Notes under the pieces: model-generated
What the model saw: the letters and a program-made list of their open reading frames with translations, nothing else
Databases searched by the model: none
What the model was told of the DNA's origin: nothing
Program-made: the position numbers and the translations under genes
In this document: in pieces, positions 1-10,921 of the stretch
Position numbering within the stretch: position 1 is the first letter of the stretch
Layout of the letters: every line of letters begins with the position of its first letter
NCBI GenBank assembly: GCA_002245135.1
Contig: NGBS01000332.1
Location: 50,511-70,510 of the forward strand
Direction of reading: 5' to 3'
Source of the DNA: Proteromonas lacertae
Lineage: Eukaryota
DNA: 20,000 nucleotides

Positions 1-1892
1 GTTTCATACAATCATCATCATCTTGATGTAATAATAATCGATCTTGTACTGTAGCATTTTCTTCTAATAATATTAACAGTGAAGGTTTTGATAATAAACC
101 ATCAATATTCTGTTTCCAATATCTATTTAATAATATATATATATATATATATACACTGCTCTTACGGTATTTAATAATTTCTTTCTTGCCACTCCAATTG
201 CATCAACATTATTGGATGATATGTCTTTAATATTTGATTTATATTGTAACTATTAAATACATAATATATTTAAATATATTATACTCTTTTATGAGCATCT
301 GTTTTATGATCATCTTTTCTAAGTTTTGGATATTCTTCAGATAAATCAGGAATAAATGACCAAACAGAATCCCAATTAGCAAATATACACAATTTCCTTT
401 GCTACTTATAATAAATAATTATAATTTTTTTATACCAATAAGTTTTGAACTCTTCCTTTTATTTTATCATAAAATTGTCTCATTACTCCATTGTATATTT
501 CCTTCTCAAATAATGGCGATCTTGTCATTCCTAATGCTTTTACTATTAATCCACTAGTTGATCCATTGATAAATGTTGTTAAAAATGCAATTCCACCAAC
601 AAAAAATACATATTTTTTACCAATATCCTATTTAGATAATTATTATTCTTATTATACTTTATCAATAGTATCTTGATGTGATACAACTAATGCTAAAACT
701 AGAGCCATTGCTCCTCTTAAACCAGAATATGATATTACAATTGCTTCCTGCCAATTTATACCATAACCAAATTTCTTTAATGGATAACTATATATATAAA
801 AAATAATATATAAATGAACATACTAAAATACTCCTATCATGACAAATCTTAATACATTTATAAATAAAAAGAATAATATCAAATATAACCAATCATAACC
901 ATCTATCGATTCATCTAAAAATGATTGTTTCATTATAATAGCACCTGTTATTACAAATATCACTGTATTAGCCATATAGGAAAATACTTCCCAAAAATGA
1001 TTCATTATTTTCTCTTCATCACTTTTCATTGATTCAAAACTACTTAATACTATACCATAAGTTACTAACGTTATTACTCCACTCACATCACAGTAATATT
1101 CACTTATATAAAATGACATATATGTTAAAACAACTGTTAATACAACTTGACATATTGAATCTCGGATTGTTGACATTAATATATAACAAATAAAACCTGT
1201 TAATAAACCAATAGCTACTCCTCCTAATGATAATTGAAAGAATGTACCAATCGCTTCACCTACACTTGAATCAATACCTTTAAAAAATGTGAAAAACACT
1301 TGAAAACCAACCATTGCTGTTCCATCATTCAATAATGATTCACCTTCTACTAATAAATTAAGTTGATGAGGTGCACCTAGTTCGTGCAATAGTGATACAA
1401 CTGCTACTGGATCTGTTGCACTGATTATTGAACCAAATGTAAAACAACAATACCAACCCCAATTATAAGGAAAGACATAATGAGCATAGAGTGCTACAAA
1501 TACTAACGTAAATACGACACCAGGACCAGCTAAAAATAAAATCTATTCATCATATTCTATATATTATACTTGAATAAACGATTTTCTCATTGTATGAAAA
1601 TCAGCATTTATTGCACTGTCAAATATTAATGGAGGTATGAATATATATAAAAGTAAGTGAGGGTTCATGGTACGCCAGATATCAAGATTTCGTTCTATAA
1701 CTCTAACAAAATAATAATAATCAAATACTCAGATCCTTCAGCTATGCTACTATACACTATTCCTACTAAAAATAAAACCACTGTGTAGGGAACTGGAAGG
1801 ATCTTACCATATACTTTTATAAGTATCCCTATAAACAACGAGATGAAGAAAAATATTGCAGCTTCAGCACCACTTAATTCAGCCATCGCCAT
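1..1892 (-). CDS. Na+/H+ antiporter, CPA1 family, SOS1/NHX7-SLC9C-like; 5' part, continues beyond window start
   Basis: Spliced by hand using GT-AG introns at 1703-1728, 1543-1569, 788-823, 628-657, 402-435, 250-284 and 123-154, giving one uninterrupted frame. CPA1 motifs: VPYTVVLF, IFIPPLIFDSA, LAGPGV, GSIISATDPVAVVSLL, VEGESLLNDGTA, SGLRGAMALVLA, TTFINGST. The cytosolic tail motifs ANWDSVWSFI and LLNTVRAVYW resemble the SOS1/SLC9C type. Confidence 0.92.
133..153. repeat. (TA)n microsatellite inside intron 7 of the antiporter
   Basis: A run of atatatatatatatatatata lies within the 32-nt intron 123-154. Confidence 0.8.
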
Positions 1893-2545
1893 TTTATAAA
1901 AACAATGAATGACACGATCTGAGTTTTTCGAAATTGAAGAAATTATTTATTTGAATAACTCTATGAATTGAGAGTAAAACTTGGAAATTATTTGATCCAA
2001 TCAATGTTTAAATCATTATATACGAGTATGATAGATAAAAATGGTTATACATAAAAATAGAAGTGATATAGGAATTACGCTTAATATGTATCGTATTTTT
2101 GATCTATAATGCATTAGACTATATGTAATTGAAAATCTAAAGTGTTATCTAGATAATTATATGAATAAATTAACTTGTATTTTCTTTCTTTCTTGTATTT
2201 AATTTTACTAATAAATACATTAATATCAATAAAATAATTATGGATAATATCAGAACAGATATTTAATTAAACAGATCTTATCTGTTTTTCTTCTGAAATT
2301 TCATTCAGCTCAATTCTTCCAATTGATGAAAATGTTTCTAGAAATGATTTTTATCATATTTATATCATGCAGTCGCTTTACAGTAACATCAAATATACTT
2401 CCACATCAGATGGTAGTATTAAGGATAGTATATCATTTACAAAAAATTTAGCATTTTTCTGTTTTAATATGAAAATAGAGTCGTTTTATGTGATGTTTAG
2501 TTATTTCAGTATAGTGATCGCATTTTTGAAGAATTAATAAACAAA
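1893..2545. promoter_or_regulatory. Divergent intergenic region between the antiporter and surface-protein genes
   Basis: Positional only: lies between ATG at 1892 (-) and ATG at 2546 (+). No specific motif recognised. Confidence 0.4.
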
Positions 2546-5500
2546 ATGTTAGTTTTAGGTATTTGAAAATATAAGATATAAATAGTTACATTAATTCTGT
2601 ATGTGTTTGCAGAAAATGATTTTGATTATTCAAATCAAAATCCTAATTATGTTGTTGGTGAAACAATAATATCAAATACTCCAAATATCAGATCTAATGG
2701 AGGTGTATTTACGATAAAACCTGCTTTGAGTAAAGGCCTATTACTTGATTCAACAAGTGGTAGAATCTCCGGTACTCCTGAAGAAGAAAATCTTGAAATA
2801 TATACTGTAACACTAACCAAACAGGATGAAACTAAATTAAGCACTGTATTAGACATGAAGAGTATATAGTCAATAATTTATTATAGTATATGGTATACCG
2901 ACAATATTATCCTGTGAAATAAGTGAATTAAATATAGTTGACAATTTAACAGATTCATTTGAATGTAAATGTGATAGAAAAATAGAAAATTGGTCAATAT
3001 CTTTTCAACCATTAGGAAGTTACAATATTTCAATATCTGAAAATGGAATATTATCATTCAATAACTATTCACCAATTGATAAATTAATGTATGTAATAGA
3101 ATGATATAATATATAAATAGAATAACAATCAAAGCTAAAAATCCTTCAAATGAAAGTGGAATAACAACAGATATAATAATATCCAAAATTCCATATGAAT
3201 ATAAAGCAGGATTGAATATTGAAATAGACAAAATAAATGAATTTAGTTGTGGTTATGATAAAATCAGTAAAGTTTATAACCGTTTAAATACAGTAATCGA
3301 TAATATTAATGCTTTAAATGGAGATAATACTTATGTAATTTGGGATGAAAAATTGAAATATTATTTATCAACAAATCACATTGAATATTGGAATTTCACC
3401 ATAAAAGGGTTGATATATGTGAACAATGAAGGTGAATATACTTTTATGACTAATTCTGATTATTCATTCTATAAAGTGTATATTGATGAAGTAAATGTAT
3501 TTAACTCAACAAAATTCAATTATACAAAAGACAATAATGATTATTATGGATTTTGTAGTTTATGGGAATATTCTGAATCATCAAATAAAGTTATGTTAAC
3601 ATTTGGTTATCATGATTTTGAGATGAGAGGATATTATAGTAAAAAACAAAAAGAATGTTATTTTGATGATAATGATAATAATGAAAGATGTTCAGATAAA
3701 TTTGATTCATCCAGTTATAGATTAAAAATGAAATGGATAAAACCAACTGCTAGTATAGAAGAATCAATTCCATTTTATCAATCTAAAACCTCCTATAAAC
3801 CAGTTTCTAATTTAAAATTTGACAGTAATTATTACAGTGTTCCAATGAATAGTTATTTTGAAATTCCTTTCAAATTTGATAGAGGAAAAGCAAGTGAATG
3901 TTTTGGAGGCAGATCCATTATCAATTGATTTAGGTAAAAATATACTGAAAGGTAAAATCAATTCCAAAGTGTCAATAAAAATGTATTGTAAGACAAGTAC
4001 TTCAACAACTAATACAGTTTCTATAACTATTGATATAACCAATAAATATATGAAAGGGATAGTTGGATATTATTTAAAAACTAACAATTTCAATCAATCA
4101 AATGTTAATCCATATACTTTATCCAGTGACAGTATGAATATTGAAATGATCAGATTAGAAGAAGGAATAAATCATCCATATAGAAGTGATAATAGTTTAT
4201 GGGATGGTTTAACACCTAATTTAGAAAGCGAATTTGGTGTTAATTGGGAAGGATATTTAAGAATAGATGATGATGATGATGATGATATTTATTTCTTCAA
4301 TTTAACATCTGTATATGGATCTTGGTTATTTATTGATAATAATGAAATAATAAACCATAGTGGAAATCATCAATGGATTTCAAAAAGTAAATCAGTTGAA
4401 TTAAATACAGGTTATCATTTGATTCGAGTGAATTACATGAAATATGTCAATGAAAATGGAATAGAGTTATATATGAAGAAAGGAGTGGATGGTGTATATA
4501 AAGAATTGAATGATTATTTATACTATATTCCAAGAGATGATTTTGAGTATATTAATAGTTATGTTGTATTAGTAAAAGATAAACAAATAGATGATATATA
4601 TCCCAATATTCATGTGAATGGTTTAATAAGTGAATGTAAATCATATCCATTATTACCAAATGGTATAAAATTGACTGATTTATGTTCTATACATGGAATT
4701 CCCCAAATAGAATCTGAAATGAAATCTTATACAATAAGTGGTAAATTGAATAATGGTAGTATAGTAACCAGCATGATGCAGATGAGTATAGTTAATGAAA
4801 TAACACCACAAGGTATTCATTTAATAGATTTAGATAATATTGGTGTAGTTTATTATGATTGGTTGAATTTGACATTAGGAGAAGAAAGACATTTTTCAAT
4901 TGAAGTTGATAGTGGAATAGTATCGAATTATGATATAAAAAGTGAGATTGATGGTTGTACTTTTAATAAAACAACAAATATTTTGACAATTACACCAAGA
5001 AACCTATTGCATTTGTCTGAGTTTGTAATAAAAGCATATTATAAAGGTAGTAAAATACCTATTATCAAAACATTATTTGTAAATGTAATACTAGGTGGAT
5101 GTTTAGAAAATGAAGAAATAGTTTATTTTAAATTGGAAGCAGATGATGATAAAAGAACTGGATATTTAAAATATAGATTTATGAGTTTAGATCTATCACC
5201 AATAACTGATGAAATAATGATTGAACTTACTTCAGCTGAAGTATATTCTGAAAGAATTTGTTTAATTCCAGGTGATTATAAATTAGAAATAGATAATATT
5301 TTTTTAAATACATTATATGATGGAAAAGTTTTAATCTATACAAATGGAATGGTTGTTGATAGTTTAGTAGTTGCTAAAGACAGTTATAATATTTATCAAA
5401 TTACTACTGAGAATGACAAACCCATATTAGAATATAGTAAAAATAAATACGAATATTTCTTAAGTGATAATATTTCAATCATTCCAACTACAAAATTTGT

Positions 5501-8500
5501 GAGAATATGTGAAATATCTCCCAAATTACCAAGTTGTCTTAGTTTAAATACTTCATTATGTGTAATTACTGGAAAAGTAAATGAATCATTGCCAGAAACA
5601 CAGTTTACTGTAAAAGCAATTGGAGTGAATGGAATAACAATAAGAAATATAAATCTTACATTACATGATGATAATATATTTAATACATGCTATAAACAAC
5701 AAAAATCAGTTGTTACAATTATAATCAATGTTGATGAAAATTATTATTTTTATCAATTGTGGGAATACAAATTATATAAGAAAAATATTGAATATAAAGA
5801 TGATGCAAATCCATTAATATATTTAAATGGAAATAAGGAAGGATGGTTAAAAGATAACATTTATGAATATAATTATTGTATTGATGAAGATGTTTATACA
5901 TCTATTTATTATTGTGATGATAAATTTGGGTATGAAAATAGTTTTATTGATGTATTAGTGAATAGCATTCCTGTGACAAGAAAATCACTTATGAAAGACG
6001 AAAAAGAAGGAGTTGATTATTTCAATGCAATATCTGATTATAATTATAATACTGAATGGGAATATTCAAGTGAATATGAAGATGGTTGGGATGTTATTGA
6101 TAAAGCAAGTGGATTATGGAAAGATTCAAGGTTGAGTGAAATAGAAGGAAGAATAAGTGGAAATGTAGTTTATATCCGAAAGATAGATTCATTCACTGAT
6201 TTAGACAAATATAATGCATTTTCGTTTAAAGTGAGTTATATTAGTGGAATAATAATACAAATAAACGGAAAAGAGATATTTCGAAACAATTTACCAGATG
6301 GTGATATAACTCAAGATACAATGGCAAATAATATGTTTGATGCTGTGATTGATGAAGTGTTTATATTACCATTGTCATTTTTAGAAGAAGAAAAAATAAT
6401 AATAACAATCGAATTACATAAACACGAAAAAGAAACTAAATTTCCTAAGATAAAAACATATTTATTAAGAATATTTGGAAGTGAAAAAGATTGTTTGATA
6501 TTAAACAAATACACAAATCCAGTAACTGAAACAAATATTGATGAGTCTTACAATTATTATACAATTAAATATGCATTTGATGAAAATCCAAATTCTGAGT
6601 TTTATACACAAACATCTATTCCAGGATGGTTAATAATGAGATTTAAAGATCATTTCCATTCTTATTTTAATCAGTTTAGTATTGATGTAGAAGATAAAAA
6701 TCAAGGAACTCCTGCTGATTTTACTTTATCTGGATATGATGATAGAAATCACAATTGGAGTGATATAGCAGAATATAAGAATATTACATATCCAGAAAAT
6801 AGAAGAAGAGTGTTTTCAAACTATAATATTTCAAAACAATATAATGCAATTAGAATGGACATAACGATGCTAACTAATTATTCTAGAATATTAAGGGTAT
6901 ATGATATTAATTTCAAATTATGTCCTATAAAATATTGTGAAGCTACAAGTTTACTTCCTAAAACTATAAGTGGAACTGAAATAACAATTCCATGCAATAA
7001 TCAAACTTTAGAAGGAGAAAGAACATTCTATTGTAGAAATGACAAGAAATGGATAGAATTATTTTCAACATGTGAAGAATTACCAACACTTATTTATCAA
7101 GAAAAGGAATATATATTCAAAGTAGGACAGTATTATAGAGATATTAGTTTATTTAGTGTGTCAGGAAAAGATATTTACTATTCAATGTCTCCCAAAATTG
7201 AAGGATTGGAATTGGATAAAAATACTGGTTTAATATCCGGTGTAGCAAAGATAGAACTGAAGAAGCAAACAATTAATTTCAGTGTTATTGATAAGCATTC
7301 TATTGGTAGACTGTTTATAGAAATGAATATTGCTGTATTACCTTCAGATAGACTTGTATTATTATGGAAAAACATAACAAAATTAGAAATAGGATATTAT
7401 TATAATGATTTGAGATTATTTAATTTATCTGGAAGGAATATAACATACTCAGTCGATATGCTACCAAAGGGTTTAGAAATGAATGAAACAACAGGTTTAA
7501 TAAGTGGAATGAGTGTTAGATCTATTATCATGTATTCTACAATTACAGCTAAGAATCAATTTGAAGTAGTTTTTGATTTGCCACTAGAAGTACAATCATC
7601 TTCTCATCTTGTAATAATAGAATATGAAAAAGAAGTAAATTTAACATTTGGAATGTATTATGAAAATTTACAACCATTTAAGTGTAGTGCTATCTCAATA
7701 AGATACAAAGTTGAACCAAAATTACCTGATGGATTGGAAATATATGGTTATACTGGAATAATTAGTGGGAAAATAAATGTAGAACCACCAAGTGTAGAAA
7801 CCTATACATTCATATGCGAATCTATGCCTGATAGAATATCAAAAACAATCACATTCTATTATCAATATTCAATAGAACCAATAATAATCTCACATATTGA
7901 AGAATTAACATTAGAAGGAGGTAAAGAATATAACAATATTACATTAGGAAGAATAACAGGAAATAATCTATTTTATAGAATATCTCCTGATTTACCTTCT
8001 TCAACAACATTGAAACTGAATAATTCAAATGGAATAATAACTGGTTATATTACTCGAGAATTTCAAGCAATGAATTTAACCTTAATAATAAGTGGTAGTG
8101 GAAAACAATTGTCATTTTCATTTATGTTATATTGCTCAATGCCAAATTATCCAATAATAGTTCCATCTACAAAAATATCAAAAATGAGATATATATTTGG
8201 AAATATAATTAAAACATCCTATTTATTCATATCTGCTGGAACAAATCTAGAAATAACAGTAAGTCCAGATTTACCAAAAGGAATGATATTAGATTCTAAA
8301 ACAGGTGAAATATATGGATTACCTTCAGTATATGTAGATAAAAGAAATTATACATTTGTAATAAAGAATCCTCCATCATCGAATATAGAATTTGTAGATG
8401 TAGAGATAGAATTAAAAGTAATCTATTGTGAATCAGATTCTGGATTTCCTAAATCATCAGCTGATATAAGAGGAAGAGAAATTTCCATAAAATGTGGAGG

Positions 8501-8741
8501 ATTGAAAAGTGGAGTGAAAATAAGAAAATGTAAATTAAATAAAGAGAATAATGGAATATGGAGTGAAATAGATGATAGTGATTGTAAGATAAACAGTGGA
8601 GCAGTGATTGGAATTGCAATTAGTTGTGTATTTGTTGGAATAATGGTAATATTGATGGTGATATTCTACTTATTAAAATCAGGAACGTTTAGAAAGAAAG
8701 CTAGATCTTCATCTTTAGTTGATAATGAAAAGATGATTTAA
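2546..8741 (+). CDS. Large type-I membrane surface protein (~2036 aa): signal peptide, He_PIG/putative Ig repeats, 2x PA14, jelly-roll domain, F5/8 (discoidin) domain, 2x HormR-like Cys domain, single TM
   Basis: ATG 2546; introns 2559-2585, 2862-2886, 3089-3120; one extra T in the run 3901-3904 joins ORFs 3212..3928 and 3858..8741. N-terminus MLVLVTLILYVFA|END is signal-like. About 8 'P.LP.GL.LD..TG.ISG.P' repeats. PA14-like FTIKGLIYVNNEGEYTF and FGVNWEGYLRI...GSWLFIDNNEII...LNTGYHLIRVNY. F5/8-like YAFDENPNSEF...PADFTLSGY...W. C..C..G...R.C....W.....C units at ~6935-7075 and ~8425-8585. TM GAVIGIAISCVFVGIMVILMVIFYLL, then a short basic tail. Confidence 0.88.
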
Positions 8742-9012
8742 TTATAATATTATTTTTCTTTTTATTTCATTAATCCCTTGCGTATTTTTGTTAAAACGAC
8801 TCTGTAATATAGGATAAATAACAATTTCCTATTCAGTAATTCAATTCTTTCAATATTAAAGCTTAATAATAGTGTGAGGAGAATGTTATACCTGTAAAAG
8901 AGTTTGAAGTATTTGACTGCTAATTAAGTCATTAAACCATCCTATCTAGATTGTTTTTATAAAATATCTATTTGACATTTGATATTATTCACTTGCAATA
9001 ATAAATATAGCA

Positions 9013-9313
9013 ATGAACAAAGAATCAGAAATAATATTAAATGAAATAGTAGATAACAATAGAAAATACATCATCGTCTATGGTTGGAAGAAAACTAACG
9101 ATGGTAAGAGCTACAAGGATTTACACCATGAATTTATTATGGAAGATTTGATGAATTATTTAACAAAGAGTAAAATTTATAATTTAATTTTAGGCGATGA
9201 TTATTTAATTAAGTATGGAACAATTGAAGAATTTGGTGAACAAGAGTATAATTTTAGGAAACGCTATTGTCATTCGTGTCAATGACAAAGATCAACCAGT
9301 AGATGATGATTAA
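9013..9313 (+). pseudogene. Orphan intronless ORF or degraded coding fragment, unknown function
   Basis: 90-aa ORF 9013..9285. A shifted frame near 9255 continues with protein-like LGNAIVIRVNDKDQPVDDD to TAA at ~9313. No family recognised. Confidence 0.3.
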
Positions 9314-9471
9314 CAATCTGATAATGAGATGGTAAAGGAGGTTGTATTTAATACTTGGGGAGTTAATACAAACATTATTACTATAAAAACAATTGATTTT
9401 AAAGGATAAAAATTTATATATTATAAAATTATATTATATTGAAATTGGTGTTTGTTTGGGTTATATTACGT

Positions 9472-9616
9472 ATAACTATATAAAAATGATGATTGTTGTG
9501 GATCAGTAGCATCATATTTTCTTATCCATTCTATTAGCTCCGCTGTCATTTTATCCATTAATTCTTTTTCTTGTTCTTCTAAACTTAATTCATGTTATGT
9601 TGGTTTATGTTGTTCC
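9472..9616 (-). pseudogene. Coding-like fragment abutting the TIR element
   Basis: Minus strand reads (Q)EQHKPT*HELSLEEQEKELMDKMTAELIEWIRKYDATDPQQSSFLYSYT*, an amphipathic helix-like peptide with no clear start before the 9617 TIR. Confidence 0.3.
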
Positions 9617-10232
9617 TGTTGTGAGTCGTTGAGCTAAATGCGCCGTTGTGAGTTAAGAAAACTTTTTTCAATTCTAAAATGATAGTGTGTGGTTTGATGG
9701 CGAGTTATATGCAAATATAATCTTACTTTGTCATATAAGCTACATCTGCGATATATATTTTTTTGAACTTTATCCCAACATATTGAAAACAATTATAATT
9801 TTATTTTTAATTTTTTTGCTTCAATCACTACTAGAGTAAAAAATACATTAGTTTAAGCAATTAAATCACACATATTTAGATGTTAAGACACTTAAATCGA
9901 AAAAATAAAAAATCTATTCAAGCCTCATTCAAGCCTGTTTTTTCAAAATAAATTTAAGCAGGTAAATGCAATAAGTAGGTATTCCTTTTCTATTTAAAAC
10001 CTTTATCCCGATGTCTACTATTGTTATAAGCTTTTAAAATAATATAATAATAAAAAGTGTTTCCAGTACAGGAACCTAAACACGACTATATGATATTAGG
10101 CCAACGTAACTATTTTGGAAAACAAAGTGTTGATTAGTAATATTGAAGGGGCAGAGGTTACGTTTATGATATTAGAATTGAAAAAAGTCTTCTTAACGCT
10201 CAACGGCGCATTTAGCTCAAAGGCGCACAACA
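9617..10232. mobile_element. MITE-like non-autonomous DNA transposon, 616 bp, with 61-bp terminal inverted repeats
   Basis: 9617-9677 TGTTGTGAGTCGTTGAGCTAAATGCGCCGTTGTGAGTTAAGAAAACTTTTTTCAATTCTAA versus the reverse complement of 10172-10232 TGTTGTGCGCCTTTGAGCTAAATGCGCCGTTGAGCGTTAAGAAGACTTTTTTCAATTCTAA: 55/61 identical, ungapped. The interior is AT-rich with no long ORF. No clear target-site duplication. Confidence 0.75.
10089..10175. repeat. 11-bp direct repeats (TATGATATTAG) flanking a 65-bp segment with 8-bp inverted ends
   Basis: TATGATATTAG at 10089-10099 and 10165-10175; AACGTAAC at 10103-10110 and GTTACGTT at 10157-10164. Confidence 0.6.
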
Positions 10233-10324
10233 ACATATACTAAAAGTAGATATAGTTTCTTAAATACAATCATATTATACTGTATTGATAGAATGAAATC
10301 TTCTATCAAATGTAATAAGAGTAA

Positions 10325-10522
10325 TTAATTAAACTTTGACAGCATTATATTCATTTCTAAATGTTCAGGTGATAAGCAAGATCTTTGTCCATTACTTAAC
10401 ATTCCTGTGAGTGATAATATTCTTTCCACTTCATAGGAAGTAGCTTGTGCACTTAAAAACTTATGTGCAATTCTGTAAATCTTTTGAAATCGTGATTGTA
10501 AATGTGGAATTGAATAATCCAT
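10325..10522 (-). pseudogene. hAT-superfamily transposase remnant (C-terminal dimerisation domain only)
   Basis: QSRFQKIYRIAHKFLSAQATSYEVERILSLTGMLSNGQRSCLSPEHLEMNIMLSKFN matches the hAT dimerisation-domain pattern FP.L..LA..YLS.PATS...ER.FS..G......R..L....LE....L..N. No catalytic core is recognisable upstream. Confidence 0.8.
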
Positions 10523-10921
10523 CCTTGTGATGCATTGTCTCTATATCTATGAATATAAAAAGCATGTTTGCCATTAGGCTGTCTAAACACACCATATGTT
10601 CTATGGTCAGATATATTCTTTGTTTTTGTCTAACTTCTCCCCTGTCATTATTTCCTTTTCTTATATCCTAATAATTCATGGTATGTAGAAGGAGAGTATG
10701 AAGATTATATTAAAGTTATTAAGCCTAATTAGTGGCTCATAAAATAATGTTATATAATTGTGTTTTAGTATTTAGTTTTATGTATAACGGCTATTTTTTC
10801 ATACATAATTATATGTTCTATCAATTGTTTTTATAATATATAGCCATGAATAAGTTTTATTATAAAAATTATATTATGGAAAAATACAATAAAACCATCA
10901 CAAAAAGAAAAATGAATTAAA

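Noticed and set aside
3858..3928. Separate overlapping genes 3212..3928 and 3858..8741, or programmed frameshifting
   Set aside because: Deleting one T in the 3901-3904 run fuses them (SECLEADPLSID). There is no slippery heptamer or Euplotes-type AAA-TAR motif, so it fits a homopolymer error.
4265..4286. (GAT)n run and Asn-rich (AAT)n tracts in coding regions
   Set aside because: Ordinary low-complexity coding repeats of AT-rich genomes.
9606..10243. Target-site duplication or piggyBac TTAA assignment for the TIR element
   Set aside because: The flanks show no convincing direct repeat, and the TTAA lies inside the inverted repeat rather than at its end.
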